From the NCBI RefSeq assembly GCF_000007005.1, contig NC_002754.1: a DNA stretch of 64,000 nucleotides; one strand, given 5' to 3'. Below the pieces are notes generated by a model, which worked only from the letters and a program-made list of their open reading frames with translations, was not told where the DNA came from and made no database searches. Both the position numbers and the translations under genes were made by a program. The DNA is from Saccharolobus solfataricus P2. Its GTDB lineage: Archaea; Thermoproteota; Thermoprotei_A; Sulfolobales; Sulfolobaceae. Below, in pieces: positions 1 to 10,593 of the stretch (positions within the stretch are counted from its first letter, which is position 1; every line of letters starts with the position of its first letter).

Positions 1-9
1 TTTTTAGTA

Positions 10-261
10 TTATTCAGGTAATGGCGTTTCTGGTACTTTTACAACTACTACATAGCCGTCTTTATATTGCCCGATATCAGGGTCCAGATCTATAAGTTCC
101 ATTCTATCTTCGATATTAGATAAATTAAGGATTTTGACTTTTAATCCCTTGTAAACTCTCTTAGCTTCTTGCATTGCTTTTTCAATCTCTTTATAATCTT
201 TATTATAGTCATATACTGCTGCCTCTTGTAAAGCAACTAAGGTACCTAAAAACGAACGCAT
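10..261 (-). CDS. hypothetical protein (83 aa)
   Basis: Clean ATG-start ORF, charged composition, divergent from the 323 ORF with an AT-rich TATA-like spacer; no motif recognised. Confidence 0.6.
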   Translation of the reverse strand: MRSFLGTLVALQEAAVYDYNKDYKEIEKAMQEAKRVYKGLKVKILNLSNIEDRMELIDLDPDIGQYKDGYVVVVKVPETPLPE

Positions 262-322
262 GACAATGTATTATTTATCCCTTTAGGTTATAAACTTAGC
301 CTTATAGAGCCACTATAATAGA

Positions 323-640
323 ATGATACACATAAAGTTGATTTATGGGCCTAACGGTGATTTGGGACTTACAAAAACTATTCATAATTTAAAATTGACA
401 TATCCTAACGTAAATGCAGAGGCAGAGTTTAGCTTACTATGTTCTACACCAATGCTACAAATAGGAAGTAAGACTATAAATGTCATAGACTATACTGACG
501 ACGAGATAATAGACCTTATAATAAGTGCAGTGACCAGTCACGGAAAGATAGATCAGCTAAGGGAAAACGGAGTGGACATTTATCAGAGTGAGTTCAAAGA
601 TTTTCCACCTGGTCCAAATTTTTCGGAAGTTTTAATTTGA
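323..640 (+). CDS. hypothetical protein (105 aa)
   Basis: ATG ORF filling the gap, co-oriented with the downstream flavoprotein; no motif recognised. Confidence 0.65.
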   Translation: MIHIKLIYGPNGDLGLTKTIHNLKLTYPNVNAEAEFSLLCSTPMLQIGSKTINVIDYTDDEIIDLIISAVTSHGKIDQLRENGVDIYQSEFKDFPPGPNFSEVLI

Positions 641-662
641 TTTTCATAAATAGTATAAGTTA

Positions 663-1556
663 ATGATTGTCGTAATAGGTGCAGGGATATCTGGATTATT
701 ATTAAGTAAAAGAGTTAAAGCTGATTTAATATTGGAAGAGCAACCTGTTATTGGTGGCGTCTTCGCTTCTGATAACGTGTTCGGAAAAGATTTACCTTAC
801 GTGTTACCAATAATAAATGACCCTGCGAAACTACCAAACATAGAATTTAACTATCTAGAATACGATTTGAAATTATCTCATAGAAAATACGATTATTTTG
901 AAGATAAAATTTGCAAATACTGCGATAAGTTACCTACATGGTTAAATTTCGGTTTGATGAGAAAACTATACGTAATAGAGAATATAACAGCTTTTATAGA
1001 TAATTTATCTAAAAATGTAAGGATAATTAAGGAATATCCGATAAGGATAGACGATAAGAAAATCATAACCAACAAGGGAAATATGTATAAGTACACCAGA
1101 GTATATAATACGGCATCCTTAAAAAAAATGTATAAATTACTAGGAGTAGATAGCTCAAATCTAAAGCATAAGGCAGCGTTAACTTTGCTAATATTAACAA
1201 GGAAGACAAATAATAAAAACTGGAATGTTTACTTAAGCGGAGACACTGCGGATTCTTTCTCAGTAGTAATTAAGCTAGATAATATCATTAAAGATCTCGA
1301 TTTATATTATGTTTACTCATTCATGGATATAACTCAAAAGAGTATTGATATAGATAGAGTAATGCTAGATTTAAAAAGAAGACAAATAATCTCTCTTGAT
1401 GAAATAATAGCCTTTAGAAGTAAATTAATATCAGAAGCTCTGTTATTTGGCGAGATTAATCATAAGATTACACTAAACATGGTAAACTGTGGAAGACTAG
1501 GTGAGTGGAAAAATTATGACGTTATTGAAACTATATCAAGAATTCAGAATTGCTAA
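663..1556 (+). CDS. FAD/NAD(P)-binding oxidoreductase (amine oxidase / UDP-galactopyranose mutase-like)
   Basis: N-terminal Rossmann VVIGAGISG...E...IGG; C-terminal GRLGEWKNYD resembles the flavin-contacting tail of UGM/PPO-like proteins. Confidence 0.75.
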   Translation: MIVVIGAGISGLLLSKRVKADLILEEQPVIGGVFASDNVFGKDLPYVLPIINDPAKLPNIEFNYLEYDLKLSHRKYDYFEDKICKYCDKLPTWLNFGLMRKLYVIENITAFIDNLSKNVRIIKEYPIRIDDKKIITNKGNMYKYTRVYNTASLKKMYKLLGVDSSNLKHKAALTLLILTRKTNNKNWNVYLSGDTADSFSVVIKLDNIIKDLDLYYVYSFMDITQKSIDIDRVMLDLKRRQIISLDEIIAFRSKLISEALLFGEINHKITLNMVNCGRLGEWKNYDVIETISRIQNC

Positions 1557-2319
1557 ATTCCTCAGTGAGTTTACCTGCAATGGTAGCTGCCTCGATAATT
1601 TCAAGTCCACCTAATCTTAACGCGAAATACGCTCCTAGCAAAAAGTCTCCTGTCCCTATTTCGTTTTTGCCTATTTTACTAGGTCTGTAGGTATATTTTG
1701 CGAGCATATTAGTATAAACATTAAATCCGTTATGTCCATCTGAAACTATTATTTCCTTAAAACCTACTTTGAATAGATCACTTAATTCTAATTTAGAAGA
1801 TTCAAGTTCTTCCCTATTACCATGCATAACCATGTAATTACTATTGAATGGAAATCTAAAACCCATTTCATACCTAATTTCCTCATACTCTATACAATTC
1901 CTAACGAAACCTTGAATATCTACTGCTATTGGAATTGGGCTTTGAATACTCATATTGTCAACTTCTTTGCATACTGGATTTACTAGGATTCCATCAACTG
2001 TGTTGTCACTAATCACTTTTATCCTATTTTTAGGCTTCTTAAGTAAGATTAATTTTCTCCCTTCATTAGTTAAGTCAATCTTAAACCTAATTGTATATTC
2101 ATCATATATCAGTTGCTTCTCTAAATCAGATATAAAATCTATCTCAAAGTCAAAATCTCTACCTATTAATCCATATAGTTTTGGTATACCACCACCTCTC
2201 ATTACGCCTAATGATGAATATATTAATGGTCCTCCTGGTCTTATCTTTCCTTGTATCTCGTCTATCGTAAATCCTCCTACTATTAATATCTTACTCCTCT
2301 TCACTTTCTTCTTCACCAA
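1531..2319 (-). CDS. PfkB/ribokinase-family kinase-like protein
   Basis: VGGFTID, GGPLIYSS, VDIQG and C-terminal EIGTGDFLLGAY (PfkB anion-hole GxGD). Confidence 0.75.
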   Translation of the reverse strand: MVKKKVKRSKILIVGGFTIDEIQGKIRPGGPLIYSSLGVMRGGGIPKLYGLIGRDFDFEIDFISDLEKQLIYDEYTIRFKIDLTNEGRKLILLKKPKNRIKVISDNTVDGILVNPVCKEVDNMSIQSPIPIAVDIQGFVRNCIEYEEIRYEMGFRFPFNSNYMVMHGNREELESSKLELSDLFKVGFKEIIVSDGHNGFNVYTNMLAKYTYRPSKIGKNEIGTGDFLLGAYFALRLGGLEIIEAATIAGKLTEEFSNSEFLI

Positions 2320-2584
2320 TTGATAGCTTAGGTTCCTCTTCTTCCTCTTCAGTTCTCGTCTTTTTCTGTAGCCATAAGCCGTATTTGTGGGCGTCCAAAT
2401 GTCTTTTCAAATCTTCTAAATTGAAAAAATATGTACTATAATCGGTCGATACACCTTTGGCACAATTCGGTGAGCATATAGGACAAACGTAAAGTCTGGT
2501 AACTTCATCATAGCAAACTGTGACTTTCTTATTATTATAATCAATCTCTATAGCTTTCCACTTAGGTAGCCATCTCGTTGACAT
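2291..2584 (-). CDS. small C2H2-type zinc-finger protein with acidic tail (97 aa)
   Basis: CPIC...LKRHLDAH motif and EEEEEE tail. Start moved from track 2647 to ATG 2584 (MSTRWLPK), because the extension is AT-rich promoter-like sequence. Confidence 0.7.
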   Translation of the reverse strand: MSTRWLPKWKAIEIDYNNKKVTVCYDEVTRLYVCPICSPNCAKGVSTDYSTYFFNLEDLKRHLDAHKYGLWLQKKTRTEEEEEEPKLSIGEEESEEE

Positions 2585-3133
2585 TGATAGTATAGTTATG
2601 TAGATTAAATATATAATATTAAGTACCCATTCTTTCCGAACTACCATCAGTATATTTAAGATACTTTAAATAAATTACTGATACCGCTTTCTTTAAATTC
2701 AGTAATATTCACACCATCCGATGTATGTCCGACATATAAGAATTATATTAAATTTTTATAAAGACTTATTTTTAACGTTACCATAAAGAATACTATTAAA
2801 TAGAATTTGTCTTAGCATTTTTAGGGTATAAGATAAGTTAAGGGAAAATTCCTCTAGACTACTATACCGACTCCCTCCGGTAAGTTGCCCTCTCTCTATC
2901 GAATTTGAAATAGTTGAGATAGTCATAATTGAATATTTGAGATCTCTGTCCCATTCTCTGTATCGTAGGAAAGGAATAAGCAAATTATGCGGAGAAAATA
3001 CGCTTTTACATAAGATGAATATAAGAGGAAAAACAAAATCTCAATTCAATATAATTGATCTAAGAACAGAGTATATCAGAAAGAGCAATGCTTATATAAT
3101 AAGCAAAGTAAGATAATAATTGGCGGTTCTAAT

Positions 3134-3763
3134 TTGTCATCTTCTCTCGATGACTATCCTCTTTCTTTAAAGACAATGTACGATATAGCTGAGTTTATAC
3201 TCAGAGCGGCTAAAGCAATAAAACCAGAACAAACAATTAAGATGGTAAATGAATTAGAAAATTTCTATAAAAATAACCGAAATGGAAAGGTATTGGTAAT
3301 GGGGGCTGGGAGAAGCGGACTAGTAGGAAGAGCTTTTGCTATGAGGTTACTTCATTTAGGTTTTAACTCCTATGTTCTAGGAGAAACCATAGTACCTGCT
3401 ATTGGAAAGAACGATATAGTAGTTGCTATTTCAGGTTCTGGTAGAACTAAACTAATTCTGACAGCTGCAGAAGCGGCAAAAGAAGCCGGAGCTAAATTAA
3501 TATCAATAACAAGTTATTTCGATAGTCCCCTAGCAAAAATATCTGATGTGGTAATCGAAATTCCAGGTAGGACAAAATACTCAAAGAATGAGGACTATTT
3601 CGCTAGACAAATACTTGGAATAACTGAGCCGTTAGCACCATTAGGTACACTATTTGAGGATACTACGCAAATTTTCTTAGATGGTATTGTAGCAGAGCTC
3701 ATGATAAGGTTGAAGAAGACTGAAGAAGATTTGAGGTTAATTCATGCAAATATTGAACTATAG
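3134..3763 (+). CDS. phi: 6-phospho-3-hexuloisomerase (SIS domain)
   Basis: [32 protein letters not shown] motifs of PHI/HxlB; TTG start. Confidence 0.92.
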   Translation: MSSSLDDYPLSLKTMYDIAEFILRAAKAIKPEQTIKMVNELENFYKNNRNGKVLVMGAGRSGLVGRAFAMRLLHLGFNSYVLGETIVPAIGKNDIVVAISGSGRTKLILTAAEAAKEAGAKLISITSYFDSPLAKISDVVIEIPGRTKYSKNEDYFARQILGITEPLAPLGTLFEDTTQIFLDGIVAELMIRLKKTEEDLRLIHANIEL

Positions 3764-3767
3764 TTTC
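3762..3767 (+). promoter_or_regulatory. ANTTTC UV/DNA-damage-responsive element (AGTTTC) upstream of the cedB-like gene
   Basis: TATAGTTTCTCTTCAGTCAC at 3759-3778, overlapping the phi stop codon about 40 nt before ATG 3806; the hexamer is the known Sulfolobus UV-inducible promoter motif. Confidence 0.6.
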
Positions 3768-3805
3768 TCTTCAGTCACCCATAATTTTTAATTTATAGAA
3801 TAAAT

Positions 3806-5608
3806 ATGGGTATAGAAAACTTTACCGCAAAGATCGTTGGATTATCAATAGTATCGCTGCTTGTAGTATTAATGTTTTTATACAAGTTAATATACATAAT
3901 ACCACTTATTTTTATAGTATTACTTGTATTTCAGAGTGAGAAGAAGATTTTTGCTTTTCTATCAAAGAATACAAAACAAATACAACCGTATAGTATTGAA
4001 GATGGAGTATTCTACAATGAAAAGAACGCTAGTGCGGTTTTAATAATAGATGATATACAAATGGATTATAAAGATTTTACAAATTCTAACCTAAGATCAT
4101 TTATATCATCTTTCCATAAAATTTTAGATATAGCAAAGGATATTAATATAGTATTAAAGAGAGAGAGCTTAGATAAAAACGTATACATAGAATCACTTTC
4201 ACAGAAAATACAAGCACTTAGAATAATGATTGATAGCGATCCTTCAAATGAGAAAGCTAAAAGAAAGCTCGAGCTGATGGAAACTATAATATCAAGAATC
4301 GAATCCGGCGAGAATCCATTTAGATATGAAATGTACATTATCATTAACTCTAGAGATAAAAATTCTGCGTTATCTACTGCATCCATGATCAGACAAGGAC
4401 TAGAAGGTCTTGGCATAAAAACTCGGCTAGCCACATTACATGAAATACAGAAGTTAGTAAGGGATTTTTTTCATTCAAAATTAAATCTTAACAAGATTGC
4501 ATTACCTACTCAGATTCCATATCTAACACCGATATCCGTAGAGAAAAAACCCAAAAGTAGTATTATAATTGATGGAGTACTACTAGGAAAAGATATAAAT
4601 AATAATGGATTAGTATTTTGGAATATAACCAAAAGCCAGAACAGTCATCTATTAATTGTTGGACCTACTGGTTCAGGTAAGACCGAGTTTTTAATCTGGC
4701 TTTCCACAATACTAAATCTGATCTATGGAGGCACCGTAATCCTATTTGACGTAAAAGGGGATATAAAATATAGGCTTTCTATGTATAAAGTGCCATTTCA
4801 GTTAATAAATCCGTTATTTTATAGGCTAGGACTTCTTGATGAGTATGATATCCCAATTAGGATTAAGTTACTTCAAATCGAGAAAATACTTCTTAATTCT
4901 TTCAGATTAAGCAAGTTTAACTCCTCCATTTTATACAATTATCTAAATAGATTAATAGATATTAGCTACTTAAAATATAGAATTAAATGGAAAGATTTAG
5001 AGAAATACTTAAGTGAAATAGATGATGTACAACTAAAGTACTATCTAAGCAAATTAATAAACATCTTATCCTCAATGGAAGATTCGGAATTACCACCTTT
5101 ATTACATGGAGTTAATGAGAATGAGATTAATCTGATAGATCTCACTCTAATTAAGAGTGAAGAAATAAAAAGACTCATAATATATACACTTATACAGGAA
5201 TTATATAATAAATTTTCATTAGAAAAAATATATGATAAACCAAGAGTATTCTTAGTGTTAGACGAAGCATGGACTATTTTAAAAAACGAATCGGAAGATT
5301 ATCCAATTGTGGCAGACTTGATAAAAAGAGGAAGAGGATATGGAATTTCCATTATAATGGCGACACAAAATTTAGAAGATCTAGGTGACCTAGCCAATAT
5401 ATATTTAGATAACATAGGAGTATCAGTATTTATGAATAATGGAGATAAAAAATTCTGGGAGGAGATAAGGAGATTCGTTAATGTTGATAACGATACGTTA
5501 TCTAATAATTTGATATTCATGAATAGAGGAGAGGCCCTCGTAAGATTTTTAGGAGATCCTAGGCCAGTAATTATAAAATTAAATACCTTAGCCGGTAGCT
5601 CGTTCTAA
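3806..5608 (+). CDS. cedB: membrane-anchored VirB4/HerA-like ATPase, CedB-type DNA importer subunit
   Basis: N-terminal hydrophobic TM segment, Walker A GPTGSGKT, Walker B FLVLDEAW, KRGRGYG and ATQN motifs; upstream ANTTTC. The cedB assignment is recalled, not searched. Confidence 0.75.
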   Translation: MGIENFTAKIVGLSIVSLLVVLMFLYKLIYIIPLIFIVLLVFQSEKKIFAFLSKNTKQIQPYSIEDGVFYNEKNASAVLIIDDIQMDYKDFTNSNLRSFISSFHKILDIAKDINIVLKRESLDKNVYIESLSQKIQALRIMIDSDPSNEKAKRKLELMETIISRIESGENPFRYEMYIIINSRDKNSALSTASMIRQGLEGLGIKTRLATLHEIQKLVRDFFHSKLNLNKIALPTQIPYLTPISVEKKPKSSIIIDGVLLGKDINNNGLVFWNITKSQNSHLLIVGPTGSGKTEFLIWLSTILNLIYGGTVILFDVKGDIKYRLSMYKVPFQLINPLFYRLGLLDEYDIPIRIKLLQIEKILLNSFRLSKFNSSILYNYLNRLIDISYLKYRIKWKDLEKYLSEIDDVQLKYYLSKLINILSSMEDSELPPLLHGVNENEINLIDLTLIKSEEIKRLIIYTLIQELYNKFSLEKIYDKPRVFLVLDEAWTILKNESEDYPIVADLIKRGRGYGISIIMATQNLEDLGDLANIYLDNIGVSVFMNNGDKKFWEEIRRFVNVDNDTLSNNLIFMNRGEALVRFLGDPRPVIIKLNTLAGSSF

Positions 5609-6016
5609 AATAGCTTGTATACCTGTTTTTATTTTGTTATAGATTATATCGCTATTTACATTCTTTAGAACTATCTCTCGTATATCGTTTTTATCCATTT
5701 CAATAGTATAATCTATTTTATTTAATTCCTTCTCTGATTCTAGAATTTTACTTAAGGCTGAAAAATATGACTTGCTTAACGTGATTTTGTTTTTAATAAC
5801 AAATTTTGCTACAGGTGGAGTAAAATAAATCTCGGCTAGAATTTCACCCTTCTTATTCTTTATATATTCTATGCTACCTTTATTACCTTTTATGGTAGGT
5901 ATATAACCGGATTCTATAATACTCAATAGAAACTCATAAAATTCCAATTCCTTTCTTAAGCTTGTAATCTTACTCTCAAGGAATTTTTTTAGTTCATCAG
6001 TGTTAACACTCATCAC
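5588..6016 (-). CDS. hypothetical protein with N-terminal coiled coil (142 aa)
   Basis: Clean ORF convergent with cedB and divergent from lysY; heptad-like ELKKFLESKITSLRKELEFY. Confidence 0.7.
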   Translation of the reverse strand: MMSVNTDELKKFLESKITSLRKELEFYEFLLSIIESGYIPTIKGNKGSIEYIKNKKGEILAEIYFTPPVAKFVIKNKITLSKSYFSALSKILESEKELNKIDYTIEMDKNDIREIVLKNVNSDIIYNKIKTGIQAILERATG

Positions 6017-6069
6017 AAATATCTATATACATTAAACTATATATAACCTAAACTGCAATAGTTAGTTTA

Positions 6070-7128
6070 ATGAAAGATAAAGTTAGAGTTGCCGTAGTTG
6101 GAGGTTCAGGATATACGGGCGGAGAATTACTAAGAATATTAGTTACACATCCGAAGACAGAAATATCAGTCATAACTTCTAGAGAATATGCGGGAAAACC
6201 AGTATCATTGATACATCCGAATTTAAGAGGACTAATATCTCTTAATTTTACAAATTTCTCAATAGATAAGATCTCAGACAAAGCTGACGCAATTTTTCTT
6301 GCTCTACCTCATGGAGTATCGTTAAATTACGCGCCTAAATTACTAGATTTAGGATTGACAGTCGTGGATTTAAGTGCAGATTTTAGACTCAAAAATCCAG
6401 AACTTTATAAAATATGGTACAATTATGAACATCCTTATCCAGATCTATTAGACAAGGCGGTATATGGGCTACCAGAGTTACATTACGAGGAATTAAAAAA
6501 TGCTAAACTTATAGCATCCCCAGGCTGTAATGCAACTGCAACTATACTAGCGTTAGCCCCAATTGTGGCAACAAAAATAACTGACGAGAAAAAGTTCATC
6601 AGCGACGTAAAAGTAGGCAGTAGCGAAGGAGGAGCAAAACCATCAGAAGGTAGCCATCATCCAGAGAGACAAAATGCAATTAGACCTTATGAAGCTGAAG
6701 GGCATAGACACGCAGCAGAGGCTGAACAAGAACTGTCTAGAATAGCTAAAGCAAATATAAGCGTGAGTATTGTCCCTCATGCAGTGAGTAGCATCAGAGG
6801 AGCCTTAGCGTCTGCACATACGTGGTTAACTAATGAACTAGAAGAGATTGAAATATGGAAAAAAATAGCTGAGTTTTATAGGGGTAAGAGATTCATTAGA
6901 ATAATTAGGGGAAACATACACCCATATCCTGATCCAAAATTCGTTATCGGAAGCAACTTTGCTGATATAGGATTCGCTGTAGAAAAGAGAATTTCAAGAC
7001 TAACAACGTTCTCCGCTATAGATAATTTAATGAAAGGCGCTGCTGGCCAAGCTGTCCAAGCTTTCAATATTTCTATGGGATTTAACGAAGATGACGGATT
7101 AAAACTAGTACCCTTGAGGCCTGCCTAA
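6070..7128 (+). CDS. lysY: [LysW]-aminoadipate/glutamate-phosphate reductase (ArgC family)
   Basis: VVGGSGYTGGE, LALPHG, DLSADFR, catalytic ASPGCNAT, DNLMKGAAGQAVQ. Confidence 0.95.
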   Translation: MKDKVRVAVVGGSGYTGGELLRILVTHPKTEISVITSREYAGKPVSLIHPNLRGLISLNFTNFSIDKISDKADAIFLALPHGVSLNYAPKLLDLGLTVVDLSADFRLKNPELYKIWYNYEHPYPDLLDKAVYGLPELHYEELKNAKLIASPGCNATATILALAPIVATKITDEKKFISDVKVGSSEGGAKPSEGSHHPERQNAIRPYEAEGHRHAAEAEQELSRIAKANISVSIVPHAVSSIRGALASAHTWLTNELEEIEIWKKIAEFYRGKRFIRIIRGNIHPYPDPKFVIGSNFADIGFAVEKRISRLTTFSAIDNLMKGAAGQAVQAFNISMGFNEDDGLKLVPLRPA

Positions 7129-7129
7129 A

Positions 7130-7924
7130 ATGATAGTAGTTAAAATAGGTGGAAGAGTAGTTAAGAATTCATTAGATAAGATAATTTTAGATATATTAAA
7201 TATAAATGACAAGGTAATCTTGGTGCATGGAGGAGGAGACATCGTAACAGACTACACTAAAAGATTAGGAATTGAACCAGTTTTCGTAACATCACCAGAA
7301 GGTATAAGAAGCAGATACACTACAAAAGAAGAATTAGAAGTTTACATTATGGCAATGAGCCTTATAAATAAATCAATTACTTCAAAATTGTGCAGCTTAG
7401 GTAAAAACGCTATAGGAATTACTGGCGTCGATGGGGGTTTACTGCTGGCAGAAAGAAAGAAAAGAATAGTCGTTATAGACGAAAGAGGAAAGAAAAGGAT
7501 AATTGAGGGTGGATATACGGGGAAAGTAAAAGAAGTGAGGAGTGAAATTATAAATCATTTAGTTAAATTGTTTGATATAATAGTAGTATCACCTATAGCG
7601 TTAGATGTTGAAGAGAGAACTCCACTAAATATTGACGGAGATCAAGCCGCATTTGCTATAAGTAAAGCTTTGAGAGCAAACGTGTTAATACTTCTTTCAG
7701 ATGTTGAAGGGGTATTAGTAGAAGGAAAAGTAATTAACAGGCTTACTCCTAGCGAGGCGAAAGAGCTTTCGAAAAAAATAGGACCTGGAATGAATAGAAA
7801 GTTACTAATGGCTGCCGAAAGTGTTGAGAACGGCGTTAATAAAGTAATAATAGGGTCTGGAGTTAAAGATAGACCAATTATCAATGCATTAGAACTCAAT
7901 GGGACGGTGATAGCGAATGGGTAA
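7130..7924 (+). CDS. lysZ: [LysW]-aminoadipate/glutamate kinase (ArgB family)
   Basis: VVKIGG, VHGGG, NIDGD, LSDVEG, GMNRKL; position in the lys operon. Confidence 0.95.
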   Translation: MIVVKIGGRVVKNSLDKIILDILNINDKVILVHGGGDIVTDYTKRLGIEPVFVTSPEGIRSRYTTKEELEVYIMAMSLINKSITSKLCSLGKNAIGITGVDGGLLLAERKKRIVVIDERGKKRIIEGGYTGKVKEVRSEIINHLVKLFDIIVVSPIALDVEERTPLNIDGDQAAFAISKALRANVLILLSDVEGVLVEGKVINRLTPSEAKELSKKIGPGMNRKLLMAAESVENGVNKVIIGSGVKDRPIINALELNGTVIANG

Positions 7925-8345
7925 TGCAAATATTGATGAAAGTGATTTAAAAATATTAGAGATTCTGAAAAAGAACGCCAGAACACCTTACACATTGATA
8001 GCCAAGGAGCTTAAGGTAAGCGAAGCCGCAATACGAAAAAGAATAGAGAAATTAATACGGCAAGGTATAATTAAGAGATTTACTATAGAATATGAGCTAG
8101 AAAATGAGATTAGAGCAATAGTTATGGTTCAATCTACGCCACAAATACCGACACCAGAAATATCTAAAAAGATAGCAAAAATTCCAGGAGTTGAAGTAGT
8201 ATATGAAACTACTGGAGATTATGATATTCTAGTAATAGTTAGAGGGACAAACATTACATCAATCAATAGGACAATAGATGAGATTAGAAGCATTCAAGGT
8301 GTTGTGGGAACAAATAGTACTATTATCCTTAGAACCTGGTTCTAA
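7917..8345 (+). CDS. lysM: Lrp/AsnC-family regulator LysM
   Basis: N-terminal HTH (KNARTPYTLIAKELKVSEAAIRKRIEKL), RAM domain TTGDYD; its operator overlaps its own 3' end. Confidence 0.95.
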   Translation: MGNANIDESDLKILEILKKNARTPYTLIAKELKVSEAAIRKRIEKLIRQGIIKRFTIEYELENEIRAIVMVQSTPQIPTPEISKKIAKIPGVEVVYETTGDYDILVIVRGTNITSINRTIDEIRSIQGVVGTNSTIILRTWF

Positions 8346-8354
8346 AATCGTACC
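8338..8354 (+). promoter_or_regulatory. LysM binding site upstream of lysW
   Basis: Imperfect palindrome GGTTCTAAAATCGTACC, matching the published LysM operator as I recall it. Confidence 0.85.
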
Positions 8355-8411
8355 ACTTATTACTAAAAACTTTTTCTACACAAAACTAAGTTAGTATCTA
8401 ACTGACCTTCA

Positions 8412-8582
8412 ATGGTAAATCTAAAATGTCCTATCTGTGGTGGAGAAATAACTGTAGAAGACGATGCGTTACCAGGAGAACTTGTAGAACATGAATGCGG
8501 AGCTCAATTAGAAGTTGTAAAACAAAACGGCAAATTGTCACTTAGACTAGCAGAGCAAATAGGTGAGGATTGGGGAGAGTGA
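8412..8582 (+). CDS. lysW: LysW amino-group carrier protein (56 aa; not in the ORF track)
   Basis: Hand translation [56 protein letters not shown]; zinc knuckle and diagnostic C-terminal EDWGE. Confidence 0.97.
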   Translation: MVNLKCPICGGEITVEDDALPGELVEHECGAQLEVVKQNGKLSLRLAEQIGEDWGE

Positions 8583-9430
8583 AAATAGGAATTCTATATG
8601 ACATGCCCAGATGGGAGGAAAAAAACCTTATTGAAGAGGGGAAAAAATTAGGTTATCAAGTTGCTACTATATATAGTAAGGATTTTGTCCTTTTTTCAAA
8701 TGATTTTACTATCGATAATGATACAGATCTTTTTATCCAAAGAAACGTATCACATAACAGAGCCCTTATTACTTCATTTTTAGTAGAACAAGTTGGCTAT
8801 CCTGTAATAAATGACCACACGACTTTAATTAGATGTGAAAACAAAATTTTTACTACCTATATTTTAGCTAGACATAATATACCAACACCTAAAACTTTCA
8901 TAGCATTCGATAAGACAAATGCAATAGAATATTCAAAAAAGCTAGGCTATCCAGTAGTTATAAAGCCTGTTGAAGGAAGTTGGGGAAGAATGGTAGCTAA
9001 AGCTGATAACTTAGACGTACTATATAGCTATCTAGAGTATCAAGAGTTTAGCACGCAAAAATATAAGGATATATATTATATACAAGAATTCGTTAACAAA
9101 CCAAATAGAGATATAAGGATATTCGTAATAGGAGACGAGACGCCAGTTGGAATTTACAGAGTTAACGAAAACAATTGGAGAACCAATACTGCATTAGGTG
9201 CAAAGGCCTATCCTCTTAAAATAGATGAGGAACTCAGAGAACTCGCATTAAAAGTAAAGGACATAATAGGGGGTTTCTTTTTAGGAATAGACATTTTTGA
9301 AGATAAGGATCGTGGATACCTCGTAGATGAAGTTAATGGAGTACCAGAATACAAAAATACTGTAAGAGTAAACAATTTTAATGTATCAAAATTCCTTTTA
9401 GAAAAGGCAGCGGAATGGGTGAAAAAATGA
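8579..9430 (+). CDS. lysX: ATP-grasp aminoadipate/glutamate-LysW ligase
   Basis: RimK-like [37 protein letters not shown]; GTG start 8579 overlaps the lysW TGA (GTGA). Confidence 0.95.
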
Positions 9431-10593
9431 TAAAGTTATTAAAATTCTATCAAGACAGAGGAATTAAAATTATTAAAGGAGAAGGGCAATACGTCTGGGA
9501 TGAAAAGAACAATAAATATTTGGATATGCACGCGGGGCATGGAGTAGCCTTTCTTGGTCATAGAAATAAAGTTATTATTGATCATTTGAAAAAGCAAATG
9601 GAGGAAATCTCTACTCTTTCCTTAGCTTTTGATACACCAATACGAGAAGAGATGATAAAAGAACTAGATGAGTTAAAACCAGAGGACTTAGATAATTTAT
9701 TCCTTTTGAATAGTGGATCTGAAGCAGTAGAGTTGGCATTAAAAATTGCTAGAAAAATTACCAAAAGAAGAAAAATTGTTGCATTTAAAAACTCCTTCCA
9801 TGGAAGAAGTATGGGTGCCCTATCAGTAACTTGGAATAAGAAATATAGAGAACCTTTTGAACCATTAATCGGCCCAGTAGAATTCTTAGAATATAATAAT
9901 GTAGATTCTCTAAAGAGTATTACGGAAGATACGGCTGCAGTAATAGTAGAACCAGTACAAGGTGAAGGGGGTGTAATACCAGCTAAGAAAGAGTTTGTAA
10001 AGAGTTTAAGAGAAGTTACGGAAAAGGTTAACGCTCTGTTAATTATAGATGAAGTCCAAACGGGATTCGGTAGAACTGGTAAAATATGGGCATACCAACA
10101 TTTTGATATAAAACCAGATATACTAACAGCAGGCAAAGCTATTGGTGGAGGTTTCCCAGTAAGTGCAGTATTTTTACCAAATTGGATAAGTGAGAAAATA
10201 GAGGAAGGTGATCATGGTTCTACCTATGGGGGAAATCCATTAGCAGCCGCTGCAGTTACTGCAGCATGTAAAGTTGCAAAGTCCGAGAAGATTGCAGAAC
10301 AAGCTCAAAAGAAAGGAGAACTATTTATGAGAATTCTAAAAGAGAAATTAGAAGATTTCAAAATAGTTAGAGAAATAAGGGGACTTGGATTAATGATAGG
10401 AATAGATTTAAAGGTCAATCCTTCGATTGCTATAAAAGTCTTACAAGATGAGAAGGTATTATCATTAAAAGCAGGACTTACAACAATAAGATTCCTACCT
10501 CCGTATTTAATAACTCAATCAGATATGGAGTGGGCTTCAGATGCTACAAGAAAAGGAATTAGTGAAACAGAAAGCAAAAGAGTTGCTTCTTGA
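9427..10593 (+). CDS. lysJ: [LysW]-aminoadipate semialdehyde transaminase (class III PLP)
   Basis: [40 protein letters not shown]; ATG 9427 overlaps the lysX TGA. Confidence 0.95.
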
